DNA of 63,856 nt, filler included, from Choristocarpus tenellus KU-1152 (lineage: Eukaryota > Protista > Phaeophyceae), in the NCBI GenBank assembly GCA_964200185.2. It is 8 parts of 8 records of this genome, joined end to end, with 100 filler letters (N's around TTAATTAATTAA, not from the genome) between each part and the next. Parts side by side here need not be neighbours in the genome. Positions count along the whole stretch, not along the records: positions 20,043 to 32,305 come from CAXNAD020001902.1; positions 32,406 to 36,281 come from CAXNAD020017440.1; 6 more parts are not named here. One strand, 5' to 3'. Position 1 is the first letter of the stretch. Every line of letters begins with the position of its first letter. The position numbers were made by a program, and so were the translations under genes. Positions 23,362-36,200 of the stretch are shown piece by piece. Under the pieces are notes generated by a model. The model made no database searches. It saw only the letters and a list, made by a program, of their open reading frames with translations, and had not been told where the DNA came from.

Positions 23362-24700
23362 GTTTACTCATTTACATATGTGCAACTGGAGCACTCAGGA
23401 ACATGACAGAAGTAGGATATGGATGCCAAGCAAGATGGCTCTTTACGCTGTTTGGACAACAAGCATCCATAAAACTACCTCCATCCCCTCGAAGGATGGG
23501 AGACCAACAGCAAGCCCACCCCTTACATGAATCTGGAACCACGATGAGACCAAGGGTATACGCTACTTGGACCCGTGCAACAACAAGAGAGCCTGCCATC
23601 CCGACACATGTTGTGAAGAATAATGCTCAGGGTGCAATATATATATATCTACCTGTACAAAGTGGCTGTCCGCCACATTTTCCCTGCTCGTGTGCACAAC
23701 CGAAAGCATTATATTTGAACATGAATACATTTATCTCCTCCCTTCTCTTCTCCCTTTGCCCAAACCATTTTCAGAATCCAGATTTTGAAGGATGATGAAG
23801 TGTATCAGGTTCTTAAGAACAGATTGGAGGTCGTAGGCTTGGATAGAGGAACACATTGATACACCACCTTCATCAAGTGGAGGCCCATCTACATCACCAA
23901 GCCCACAATGACGTGGCCTAAAAGACATTACCACCGTCTTGTATAACAAATATCGACTAAAACACACTTCACATCAAACGACTAAGTAGTCCTATGTTTG
24001 CATACACACAACCTACAACCAAAAAATGTCTTTCGTCTTTCTTCGCCAAGCAGCTCCTGAGTTTGTGCCAATCACCCGTCCATTGACGCTCTCATCTTGT
24101 GCTAAAGGAACAACTGGAACAAGCACACTAGGAGACGCTGCTTCAGGGAGATAAACTGATTTGATCCTGTGACTGCGACTTTGCAAGAAGAGATAAGGGT
24201 CCGACTTGGAAGAGGTCGAGACTGTCTTTGAGAGTCCTTCCAACATGATGAACTTCTTACTGTGAGATGACAACCCATTGTGAATATTCTCTACTCCTCC
24301 CTTTTCATTTTCAGTATCCCCTCATTTCTTCTTCACTTACTCTTTTGATCCTCTTTCCTCCGTGAAGTTCATTCTGAGTGTCATTCATACAAATGTACCA
24401 TAAATCCATATGTAGTACAAGCCCTACGCCACGTTCTTGCTGAGAATTCCAAGAGATTGAACGACAAAAAATCTTTCAGGTAGCAAAGAGGTAATTTCAT
24501 TGATAGAGACCTTCCTCACACTTGTCGGAACCATCCTCAAGAACTTCGGTAGATTTCCAATCTCAGTGCGATCATGGTGATAATAACCTGACGCAGCAGG
24601 AGCTCTTTAATGTACTACTGACCGCAATGTTCCTTGTTGCTCTGTTAATAAAAGACTTGAGGCACAGATTTGAGTTTTTCAGCAAAGAATGAGTTGTGCG

Positions 24701-25132
24701 TGTGCAAAAAAAAATGTTCGAATAGAGATTTGCTTTATGTGGTATGGATGAATTAATTAGCGGAGTGAGCACTATCCCTCGATGGGGGAGGGTGCCCTGC
24801 CTCGTTGCCTACTGCGCAAGTCAGAAGACACGTCAGAAGGTGTCTGTGTCAGTCGCACTACGTCAGTCGTTCTGCGTCAATCGCACTAATTCACTCGTTC
24901 TGCGTCAGACATACTTCATCATACATTCTGAGTCAGAAGCAGCTACCTCAGTCATCCTGCGTCAGCCACTTACATTAAACAAAGAGAAACTAACTAACCC
25001 ATCGAGATTCAAAACTACTACTCTGGGCGTACAGCAAAAAGTGACAATTAAGCCACTAATCAACATTTTTGTTATATGCTACTGGTTACCAAACACATAA
25101 GAAACCTATAGACTAAAAGCTCATATTGCACA
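24701..25132 (-). mobile_element. Copia LTR family A (solo or fragment)
   Basis: Full-length homology to other LTR-A copies, TG...CA ends, no matching TSD. It is followed at 25133-25230 by a plus-strand copia RT scrap (RGWGIEATDFTQACLSADL). Confidence 0.85.
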
Positions 25133-25247
25133 ATAGACATCGCAGTGTACAGAGGATGGGGCATCGAAGCCACGGACTTCACACAGGCCTGCCTCAGCGC
25201 AGACCTGTAGCAGCATGTCTTGCATGAGCATCAAGTCATTTGCAATC

Positions 25248-26656
25248 AGTGTAAGAAAGAGCTGTTCGAATAGAGTTTTTGCCTTATGTGGTATGAATGA
25301 ATTAATCATCGGAGTGAGCGCCATCCCTCGAGGTAGGAAGGGTGCTCTACCTAGTTATCTATTGCGTACGTCAGCAGACACGTCAGAACGTGTCTATGTC
25401 AGTCGTACTACGTCACTCGTTCTGCCTCACTTGTACTGTCAGTCGTTCCGCATCAGTCGTAGCTGTGTCAGTCATCCTGTGTCGGCCACTTACAGTAAAC
25501 ACAAAGAAAACAACCCGTTAAAATTCGAAACTATTACTCTGGGCTAACAGACACAAGTAATATACAATTAAGCCACTCAGCAACATTTTTGTTATATGCT
25601 ACTGGCTACCAAACACATAAGAAACCTATACACTACCAGCCTATATTGCACACTCCCCCATGAGAGTGCAGCAAAGTTGCTGACAAAAGCTCCCCCCCGA
25701 CGCGAAAGCACGGAATGCACAAAATCAGAAGTAAGGCTCTTGCACAAAGACTTGGTCAAAATGTCTCCCACCTGTTTTGATGTTGGAACGTATTCTACGT
25801 GGAACAGACCCTGGTCCATGTTTTCTCTGGTGCTCTTCAGCTTCATGTCCACGTGCTTCGTTCTCCCGTTGAAACCTGTGATGCTGTCCGCCTGGATAGC
25901 ACCACGGTTGTCACAGAACCAGGGAGTCTGGTCCTGCAGCACACCTATCTCCCCCAGAATGCCTCGAACGAAAATGTAGTGGCGCATGCCGTATGCCATT
26001 GCCATCCACTCTGCCTCCGAGCTGGAGAGGGTAACGGCACCTTGAAGTTTGGAGCACCAGGCGATTGGCGATCCGTTGATCAATAAATAGTAGGGGTAGC
26101 CTGTGACACTCCTGCATGTTTGGGAGTCGGTGCCCCAGTCGGAATCCCCATACCCCACCAAGAGCTTTCTGTCCCCTCCGTTCATATCTTTACTCCCCCG
26201 ACCATAGTGAATACAGACGTCCAGTGTCCCTGCTACGTAGCATAGAACGTGTTGAAGTCCGCGCCAGTGCCGCATGCATGGAGATGCCGCCCTGCACCCC
26301 AGTTCATGAACGTTGGCCAGGTCCGGGCGAGTCATGTCTACTAGAAACATGAGTTGGCCGAGGATACTGGCGTAGGGGTAGATGGTTGAATGCAGTTCCT
26401 CCTCGTTGTCGTGCCTGGAAAAGAAGTCCATGCCGGAGTTGAATGGTGTCGATGTGTCCCACACCTCCGTGGAGCCCATCCCGGCCATGACGATGCTCTC
26501 CGCGTATAGCTGTTGGTCCAGGGTGATGATATCCGCACCCACAGTGATGCCCACCCCAATCAGTTTGTACAGTGTGCCAAGGTCCCACTCCTTGTACTTC
26601 TCACGCAGCAATGCCCTCATCCTCTGGATCTCCTCCATGAAGTCCCCGGTGGTGGC
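25248..26656 (-). mobile_element. 3' part of copia element X3: RT C-terminus and RNase H (ORF 25592-26638), PPT, 3' LTR-A (25248-25652)
   Basis: Motifs YASILGQLMFL, TRPDLA, GYGDSDW, RSVTGY, VTLSSSEAEW, CDNRGAI, TKHVD and DILTK. The PPT is at 25653-25661. The frame continues at 31113. Confidence 0.95.
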
Positions 26657-27201
26657 TGTGCAATATGGGGGCTGGTAGTCTGTAGGTTTCTTACGTGTTT
26701 GGAAACCAGTATTATGTAACAGAAATGTTGACTGGGTGGATTAATTGCCAATCACTTGTTTCCGTACGCTTGGAGTAATAGATTCGAATCTCGACTGGTT
26801 GATTTGTTGTTGCTTGATATAAGTGGCAGCAAGCAAAAGTGAACCAATAATACCAACTGTAAGATCTTTTTTGGGGTTTTTGCACTCTTCAGCTGCGCTT
26901 GCTAAAGTTCCAAAACCAGTAAAAGCAAAGAATAATATTGATGCACTATATAAAACATCATCAATACCATTTGGTATAAAATTACTCCAATTATCAGCGT
27001 CAAAACGCGGCGCAGCAAAGAATACAGGCTGATGCAGGACGACTGACGTAGCTACGACTGACGTAGTGCGACTGAAACAGATACCGCAATAGATAACAAG
27101 GTAGGGCACCCCCCCACCTCGAGGAATGGTGCTAACTCCGCTAAACCATTCATTCATACCACCTAAAGCAAAAACTCTATTAGAACAGATCTTTTTGCAC
27201 A
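26657..27201 (+). mobile_element. Copia LTR-A in inverted orientation, carrying a 199-bp foreign insert
   Basis: Reverse-complement match to other LTR-A copies (TGTGCAATAT...TTTTTGCACA), interrupted at 26828-27026. Confidence 0.9.
26828..27026 (-). pseudogene. Fragment of an APC-superfamily (cationic) amino-acid permease, bacterial-like
   Basis: Open frame VFFAAPRFDADNWSNFIPNGIDDVLYSASILFFAFTGFGTLASAAEECKNPKKDLTVGIIGSLLLA contains the FFAFxGF...AEExKNPxxD...GIIGSL signature. It is intronless, AT-rich and absent from the other LTR-A copies. Confidence 0.9.
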
Positions 27202-30200
27202 GGTTGCTCACATAATTCTCCTTAGCCACGAGTTGTGCCTTACAGTGTTCCACCGTCCCGTCTGTGGAGGGCTTGAATTTGAGAAAAAATAGTGTCTTCA
27301 TCGCCGAATAGCATCTTCATTGCCTTCCTCCCTTGGGGCAGGGCCTTGTCACCAAATGTCCCCTTCAGCCATAGCCCCTTACATTTCTTTCTCCATGTCC
27401 TACTGCTACTGCTCTGCATCCAGCCCACTCAAGGCCTCCTTTGTTGTAGACGGCTTGTCTGCACCTGTTGCCACCTTCCCCATGAGACTCATAAGGCAGT
27501 ATACGTCGTCATTGTTCTGCTGTATGAGGATTGACATTAAGTGGTTCATGTCTGTTTCCTCACCCCCTCTAGGTCGTACAGCTGGGATGTGTAGTCCACC
27601 TGCTGGTGCTGCTCCAGGCGGGAAGATGCCTGTTGTCCAGAGTATGGGACCAGGCGCTTGGCCGCTATCTGTGCTTCCCTATCCATACGCTGGCGTTGTC
27701 TCATCCTGGGAGAAATCTCTTGACTTTGGTGGGGTGCTGAGCGCTTTGTATCTTGAGCCCCACGCCCAATATTTCCACCCGAATGCCCAGTTGTGTGTGC
27801 CTCCCTCCTTGTTATGGAAGCATCCTCTTCGCCTTCGCCATCAATATTCATTGTGCAATTTACCTTGGGAGGTAATCCTATTTATCAGTAGTGAAGACAA
27901 GAAGGTGTGAAGCATCGCACGGTTCCACATTGTTGAATGTGATTACATGGTTGATGACCTTTGTGGGGTGTCTTCTATTGCTTGTTTTATTATTATTTGT
28001 GCATCTTACCAAAGTCAACGGTTATGTCAAAGTAGTTGAATGCAGAATAAAAACCAATATGTAATCTCATTCATAATCTGGATGTACCATCTCATTAGTT
28101 ACATCTCTCATACAATAAGGTACATTTGTGAGCTCACAATTGTCCTATTTTCCACATTCATGGCGTCGTCATGCTCCAACTCCGCCAGTATATCCAGCTC
28201 TGGCTCCCCCACGAGTTCCAGCAGTTTGGCTTCCGGTCGAAACTTCACTTGTGCGGAGGTCACCAGCTTACCTTCCTGCGGGATCCACACGTGTCAGCAC
28301 AGTGACGCCCTGTCGTGCCCGACGAGGATCCCCCGCTTCGCGTATGGGTGGAATTTGGCGTTGTCGACGCGCTGTTGCTTGGTCTGATGCACGAAAAACT
28401 CCGTCCCGAACACACAGAGCCGCTTGAAGTTGAACAGTTTGCCGAATGGTGTCACGCCGCCCAGGTACTCGTGTGGCATGCCTGTGGTCTTTCTTGTATG
28501 TAGCGTCCACCACCGTGAAGAACCAGAACTCCTCCCCAGTCCAGCCTGGATCAGCTGGCTGCAAGCCGCTTGCATCACCTGTTTGATTGCCCGCTCAGCA
28601 ATCCCCCTGCTCTGGGGCGTTTGTTGGGGGGTCTCGCGCCATTTCACGCCCCGCTCTGTCAGCATGAACTGGAACCTTACGCTCCTCCCAAGTTAACCAG
28701 CGCCATCCCAACTAACATACCTCACCACCAACCCTTCTCGAGTCATTTCGTCGACATAGGCGGCAGTGGCCACGATAGCGGGTCCTTGGTACGTAGACCC
28801 ATCACGCACTTCTCTCAGCTGGCCTCGTCCACGAACACCTGAAAATACTTCATGCCCATCACGTCCGACACCAAGGGTCCCTCCAGGTCTATATGCACCA
28901 CCTCCCCCACCGTCTTGGAACTGTGGCCGCTCTATGCGTAACTGAGTGCCTCAGACTTGCACTCCTTGCATACCTGACAGTGGAGCTCTGACGCGACTGT
29001 AGCATCTGCGATGTCCTGGAGGCCTCATTTCTCCAGGTGCTTGATCACGAATGGGTTGAGGTGACCCATGATGTTGTGCCAGTCGGAGAGTAAGAGGCTC
29101 TGTTGCTTGTTGATGTAGCTAGCTAGCATTAACCGTTGCCTGTCCCTTCTTCCCCTTTTTTACCTGAAACTGGGCCCGCAGCATCAGGAAGACTCCCTTT
29201 TCCTCCAAATGGATCTTGGCTGCCTCCTTGTTGGGCTGGATGTAGCTCCTCCTGATCCCTGAGTCCACGAACTCACATCTCTTCCGCCGCAAGCTGCCTG
29301 TGCTGAGAATTCTGCATGGCAGACCCGGTACCCAGAGCACATCCTGGAGCACAATCGCGGTCGGCGTGCCCGTCTCGTCAGTTGCCTCCAAGATCATCTT
29401 GCCCATTGGTCGTGCGTCCAGTGTACTTTTGTTTCCAAAGGTGCAGGTGCAGGTGATAGCTGTTGCTGCAGTGAGGTGGTCCTGCAGTCGGGGGAAGGGT
29501 AAGGTGCACGTTTGCACCCGAGTCGCACAGTAGGCTGATGGTCTTGGACAGATCTTGAGATGAGGACAGGAGCGTTGCCTCGACCATCCTGTTGTACACG
29601 TCCTCCCCTACAGACACGTTCATGGCCAGGAACGCCCGCGATGAGCCCTAGCGATGAGCCTTGCCACAGCCTCCACCGCCGCTTCTCTGGTCCCTGGTTG
29701 GTTGGAGATGGAAATTTGTGTGCCACCCCAAGCCTTTAGGGGCGCGTGGCAGGAGGTTTTGCCAGCCAGGTACGAGTGACACTCTTTCCATCTGTGGTTG
29801 AATTTGAGACAGAAAGCATATTGGTTTGTACCGAGGCCACTCTCAGACCCCTGTGTCTCCCTGTAGGTGTCCCTCGACCTGTGTGGAGCGCCCGTAGCCC
29901 CCGAGCTCCTAGTCGTTTCCCCCGTGACCTCCGTGGTCATGTACGAAGAGGAGTTTTTGACGTTTTTTGAGTTGGTTGTAGGTGAGGTCTGGAGCTGTGG
30001 ACAGCTGTGAAAACACCTGCGGCATGCTGTCCCTGATCCCAGTGATCAGAGCCCCCTTCTTGGCGTGGTCCTCCTTGGCCGCTTCCAACTGCTCGTACTC
30101 TGTCCAGATGCGATCGAGACAGATGACGAAGTCGGCGGCGTCTTCCACCGATGAGCAGTAGATGTGGCACAGCTTAATCTCGAGAGCTATGTATGACCTG

Positions 30201-31112
30201 GATGGGCCGCTGCATCGCGGCAACCCCCCCATAGATCTGCCCTCCCGTCGAGTCTGCCGTTATTGTCGTGGGTGATGACTACCATCGCTGCAGCCCCCTT
30301 CGCGGCCTGGCCCGGTAGGAACCACAAGGTCTCGCGACGTTTAACGTACTTCTCGTATGCTATGTTTTCCCCAAACGATGTATCAGCCGTAGGAGGTGCA
30401 GGGATGTGGTATGCTGGTTGGAGGATGCGGTACAGTCCCTTGCCGCCCGCATAGCTCACCAGCGCCATCCGCCATTCTGTCCACTTCTCCCTTGCATGCC
30501 TACGCGGGCCACTCCATTGTGGCAGCTTAGATGGGTCCGCTTCTATATTATATACCTGTGAGGCTCATCACCTGTGTAAGAAGAGCTGTTCGAATAGAGT
30601 TTTTGCTTTATGTGGTATGAATGTATTTATTAGCGGAGTTAGCACCATCACTCGAGGTGGGGGAGTGCTTTGTCTCGTTATCTATTGTGCACGTCAGCAG
30701 ACACGTCAGACTGTGTTGTGTCAGTCACACAGCGTCTCTCGTTTTGCATGACTAGTACTGTGTCAGTCGTTCTGCGTCAGCCATCAATTAATAAAACTCC
30801 AACCTGTATAGATTCGAACCTATTACTTCAAGCGTAGTAAAGAAGAAACTTAGTCAACATTTCTGTTCCGTAACACCGGTTACGAAACACATATGAAAGC
30901 TATAGACTACTAGCCTATACTGCACAAAACACATAAGAAATCTATAGACTACTAGCCTATATTGCACGTCAACCAGTTGAGATTTGAACCTGACTCTAAA
31001 CGTAACGAAAACAAGCGAATGACCAATAATTCACTCAGTCAACATTTCTGTTCATAATACTGGTTACCAAACACATAATAAACCTATATAGATTACCAAC
31101 CTATATTGAACA
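27202..31112 (-). mobile_element. Degenerate copia element X2: 5' LTR-A 30573-30926 (+ U3 duplications to 31112), PBS 30562-30572, gag, protease, integrase, RT N-terminus
   Basis: gag ~30468-29750 with a zinc-knuckle remnant (FCLKFNHRWKEC). Protease LCDSGANVH and DVLWVPGL. WHNIMGH...CQVC, then integrase VHIDL and PQSRGIAERA. RT is truncated at KAQLVAK. Many frameshifts. Confidence 0.92.
27852..28156 (-). mobile_element. Solo LTR family B inserted in X2, 5-bp TSD TTCAT
   Basis: TTCAT at 27847-27851 and 28157-28161. The uninterrupted paralogous site is visible at ~32070-32080. Confidence 0.95.
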
Positions 31113-32305
31113 GTTGCAGTGTTGATTACGTAGGTGGTGAGAATGGCGATGCGTCTGTCTTCACTCTTCCTGAAGTAGAGGCACTCGTCGTGTTGGCTGC
31201 TCGTCCGCCCTTCTGCCAGGATGGTGCCATGTAGCTAGTGATACCAATCCATGGCTGACTTCTTCAGCCCATAGATTGCCTTCTCTGCCTTGGCCGTGCA
31301 GCTGTCCAGAAGCTCCAGCCAGACGTCCTCCTACAGGCTCTGTGGACTCCAGGGCATCAATGTTCCAACCTCTGTATGCTGCGAATGATATGACGCATCG
31401 TAGTGTGTCTTAACCACCACCGAGCTGAACATTTCGAAGATGTCCACACCTGCGTTTTGGGTGAAGCTACGGACCACAAGTCGCGCCTCATAGCGTTCCG
31501 CCGTCCTGTCTGCGGAGCGCTTGATTTTGAAGACTAATCGTTTCTTGATGGCCTTCCTCCCTTGGGGCAGGGCCTTGTCACCAAACGTCCTCTTCTGCCA
31601 TAGCTCTGCCATTTCCTTCTCCATGGCCTCCTGCCACTGCTCTACATCCGGCCCCCTCAAGGCCTCTTTTGTTGTAGATGGCTCGTCTGCACCTGCTGTT
31701 ACCTCCCCCATGAGACCCGTAAGGCAGTACACGTCGTCGTTGTTCTGCTGTATGAGGGTTAACATAAAGTGGGTCACGTCTATGTCTTCACCTTCCTTCA
31801 GGTTGTACAGCTGGGATGTGTAGTCCACCCGCTGGCGCTGCTCCAGTCGGGAAGATAACTGTTGTCCAGAGTCTGAGGTCAGGTGCTTGGCCACTTTTTG
31901 CGCTTCCCTATCCATGCTCTGGCATTGTCCCATCCTGGGAGAAATCTCTTGACTTTGGTGGGTGCTGAGCGCTTTGTATCTTGAGCCCCACGCCCAATGT
32001 TTCCGCCCGCATTCCGTCGTGTGTGCCTCGCTCCCTGTTGTGAAAGACTCCTCTTTGCCTTCGCCATCGATGTTCATGGCGTCGCTATGCTCCAACTCCA
32101 CCAGTATGTCCAACTCTGATTCATCCACCAGTTCCAGCAGTTTGGCTTCCGGTCCAAACTTCACTTATGCGGAGGTCACCAGCTTACCTTCCTGCGGGAT
32201 CCACACATATCAGCACAGTGACGCCCTGTCGTGCCCGACGAGGATCCCCCACTTCGCGTATGGGTGGAATTTGGCGTTGGCACCGCACTGTTACTTGGTC
32301 TGATG
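31113..32305 (-). mobile_element. 5' part of copia element X3: integrase C-terminus, linker and RT up to the YVDD region
   Basis: EPSTTKEALRGPDVEQWQEAMEKE, VFKIK...RYEARLVVR, KAIYGLKK and DECLY...ILTTYV. Truncated by the contig end. Confidence 0.92.
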
Positions 32306-35079
32306 NNNNNNNNNNNNNNNNNNNNNNNNNNNNNNNNNNNNNNNNNNNNTTAATTAATTAANNNNNNNNNNNNNNNNNNNNNNNNNNNNNNNNNNNNNNN
32401 NNNNNCCATACCAGTTACCACTCCAGTCAACCCCACCCCACTTACCACTCCACCACACCATTCAACACCACTCAACATCACTCCACAATCATCCAAGAAC
32501 ACTCCTTCATCGTCCCCTTCATACTGTGCCTTTGAGCTAGAAGTCATCTACCCCGCCCGAACTTGACCTCCCCTCCCACCCTAAGACCCAAGTCGGTCAT
32601 GAGCAAGTTACAGGGTGGGTGGGCGGGAAAGTTTGCTTGGAGGTCCTCTTGATCTAGCCCTCCTCGTCTTATCCCCCAGCCTCAGGTTTCCTCTTCGGTT
32701 CAATACTGTTCATTCCTTCTCCCCCTGTGCCTCCGTCTGCCACCTATTTTCTTAACCACTCATTCATTAACTCTTCGTTCCCTCCTTGATAATTTTATTT
32801 CTTTACTGTCCCCTTCCTTGCCTTGAGCCCCCAACCAATCAGATTTCTTCCACCCACAACGCTCAGATTACTTCATAAACTTTCCCTTTAGTGGTAACGG
32901 TGACGGCTAAGTACGCGAGTTTCAAGGGTTCAAATCCCTCCAACGCCAGTCCTGTACTTGAGGAAAATCTAGTTTCGATCATCCAATTCCATTTGGGGAG
33001 GACAAGGTGGTTCTGGGAAAAAATTCGAGGGAGGAGACGGAGCGATGAGTGGTGGGGAGTGACTATCTTGTGTGTCGCTGTGCCCCAAGAACATGGAACA
33101 AAAATCAAGGTGGAAACTTCGAGGTGGGTCTGAGATAAGATTCGAGGGACGAAACAGGGAGCGGATGAGTGGAGGAGGGAGCGCCGAACCCAACACATCA
33201 GAAGTAGGAACGGAGGCAGTACAAGTAGTCGTCATGCAACAGATTGTTAGTTTGTTATAAACAGTAGAATCTGACCTCAGGTCGAGATAGTCCCCACAAT
33301 AATGTGCGACAAATAAAAAGAAATAAAGGGGATAAATCCATATTATTTTTTTTAATTCATCATTGTATGCGTAAGGCGCGTTTTTGGGTCGTATTTGCTG
33401 GACCAGTTAGTTGCACCTAAAAATGGACGAAAATGCTTTTCAAGGGTAGTTTGAAGCTTATTCATAATCATAAAGGAACCTGCACCACCACACTTGGAAA
33501 TGGCAAAAGTATCGGTGTGGACACTACCTCCATGAAATTTGGGGCACCGAGAATCTGAATCGAGTGATGAGATGGATGAAGAGGCCCTGTTCCGATTTCC
33601 ACACTCCTGATGAGTATATTTTTGATCTAGAAAAGAGCGAAGGGGGCAACAGAGATGATGAGCTAGCTGCAGCAGTAGGTCATGATGACGTTCGTCATCA
33701 TGATAGTGTAGTGACCAAAATGCCTGTGACCTCACAGTGTTCCTGCAGAAACTAGGTGTGGTCGTTCGACAAAGAGAGGAGGGAAAGAAGGGAGAATGTG
33801 ACCTTAACTTTGGGGAGGCATTGAGAGACCTAACTTGATATCAAGGCTGGCGAGCTCCAGTACAACAGCAGAATCGTTAGGGCTCAGGAGTGGCTACAAC
33901 TAGAAGAGGAGGAGGAGGTAGTGAGGCCCTTAGTGGAGGAATTTAAGGGATGAGCTGGTAGAGGTGGTTTGTGTTACAAGCATTGCAAGCAAGGCTGGTG
34001 GTCAGGATGGGAGTGAATTGTCAGGAAGCCATACCGAAAAGCAGACATGACGATTATTGTGATGATGGTGATGGCAGTGGAGAGGCGAGTCTCCCTTTGT
34101 TGAAGTGGCAGCACCACATTTTATTGGGTTGGAGGCTAAGGTGATATAGAATGGATTAGTTTGGCCCTGCACAATATTGCTGCGTGATTTAAATATTGAG
34201 TTCTTGAGTGCTCCATAGGTGTTGAATTATGTTCTGTTCTCTGAAAAAATAACTTGCAAGGACACAATGTCATGCCCAAGTGAGTAATAAAAGTCAGTAA
34301 TAAAATAATAAATGTGTGTGGGTCACTCTTGCTTTAACATGACATTTTTTTCACCCCTTAGAAAGCCTTCTTGAAAATTGTCTACTTCAAGTCGTGCCAG
34401 AGCCAATATGTCGTTGTCATGGACTTCCATAGAGCGATTCAGTCATTAAGGCGAATCATTTGGGATTGGTACAGGGAAAGTTCGCTAGCATTGTGTAATT
34501 GAGAAGGAAAGCGAAGAAACAAAACGACAGGAGTAATTAATATAAGATGTTTGATGAATACTACTGTAATGATTTGTCAACATTTCTAGTTGTCGAAACA
34601 TTTGTCCCACGCCTAGCACAAATGATTCGGATACACCAATGAAAGAGTAAACTCCTCAATATTTGATTTGCCAGCGGAATATAACTCAGATTTATGACAG
34701 GAACAACCATTCATTTGTTGGAAATTGATTTGTACCACGCAAATCACATTTGATTTGTCCAACATAGTCTGGGGAGGAACAACCCTTACCACTGTTCCGA
34801 AGGTCCACACTCTAACAGCCCACGATGCCAGGATCACAAGAAGGATACAACACGAGACCACCTGACAACTGAACAAGATCCCGTTCGGCTCTATCTGGAC
34901 GCAATTTTTAACCTCCCATATGATGCAGAACGAGGGAGGGAAAATTCTTTGCTAGTCGTGGCCCGCCAATGGTACAGGAGCTAGTGTGAACAAGGGGCAA
35001 ATGCACTGGCCTCCACGCAACCCCTTGAACCAGCACGCCAGAACCCTCCCATAGAGTTTAGATTCACTGCCAGAAGATC

Positions 35080-35710
35080 TCTAAGGAGGGAGGAGGCCCT
35101 ATCCAACAGGTGCCCAATGACTGAGTGCAGGACGCGTAATGTCGACACCAGACATCTTGTAACTGCCCTAGGGCAGGGGGACAGATACGCCAGCACAACC
35201 TGATGGTTAAGTCAACATTGCAAGGGAATTGACACCCTTTGCGCTATGTAGGATGGTAGCCCATTCACAGTGGACCGGAATTTCCGCATGGGTGTGGTCT
35301 TCCTTGCTGGGGCACTTTCGGATGATGGATCAGCTCCCTAACACGACGAAGGCTTCCTCTTGGATGTCGCGTTTACAGCAGTGCAAACAGCATCCCATCT
35401 GCCACTCTCATCCACCAGCAATAGTATAGCTGCTACTGCGACCGAGGCGCGAAAGCACACCCACTACGAGTTATTTTTTTAACCTCGTAGTTTTAACCTC
35501 AACATCTTCGCGGTGGAAAGTTCTGGGTGCCTCAGCAAGCAAGCAGAAAGTTTTCTGGATGAGTTGACTATACATGCAATGGGGGAGAAAGGGGCAGGAG
35601 GTCATAGCAGTAAAGGTAAACCTGATATCCTGCTTACGACAGATAAGAGTCTGTCACCACAGAAGTGGTTATCTCGAGACGTATCATGCGTTTTAAGTTA
35701 GAGACCAAGT
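35080..35710 (+). mobile_element. Degenerate non-LTR retrotransposon C-terminus (restriction-like endonuclease; CRE/R2-type)
   Basis: Zinc-finger remnant ending RQHNL, then LLDVAFT...AATATEARKHTHYE...FAVESSGCLSKQAESFLDEL, the usual RLE motif order. Contains frameshifts. Confidence 0.65.
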
Positions 35711-36029
35711 AGATCCATCTGCCAAAGTATCTTAGAGGGTCAAGGAGGGGCCTGTCAGAGTTTTGGGATGCTTTCCTCGCTCCTCACCCAGTTGTGTAGG
35801 GCTTAAGCTAGGTTGGAAGCATAGCAGCAACGTACAGATAACATTGTAATTGCCCACCTTTAAGGGAGTGTTGCAGTATAGCTGGTATTCAAATAGTAAA
35901 TAAAATTAGTGATACGTCTTTCACCTTTACGACAACTGTTACTTTTACAGGGGTGCTTGTGATATCGGTTTGACGTTTCCCATGACATATCTGCAAAATG
36001 TCAGAGGGCATAATAATACTCGGAGTATA

Positions 36030-36200
36030 AATGTTACAGGCGAATAGCGTGAGCGTTTCTTCTTGTATTTCAACAAAGTTTGAGCATTTGTTACACACGA
36101 ATAGCGCGAGCATTTTCTCCTTATGTTTTAGGAAATACGAACATTTGTAACAGACATACAGTGTGAAGATTGTTTCTCGAGTTCCGACAAGTGCGAACTA
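36030..36200. repeat. Degenerate ~57-bp tandem repeat x3
   Basis: Recurring TGTTACAxxCGAATAGCGxGAGC core. Confidence 0.55.

Noticed and set aside
23362-24700. Non-repetitive spacer with several 70-150 aa ORFs
   Set aside because: No recognisable motifs or consistent exon chain.
26741-27301. 186-aa RT-permease fusion ORF
   Set aside because: A chance read-through across RT, inverted LTR and the captured fragment, with no evidence that it is a gene.
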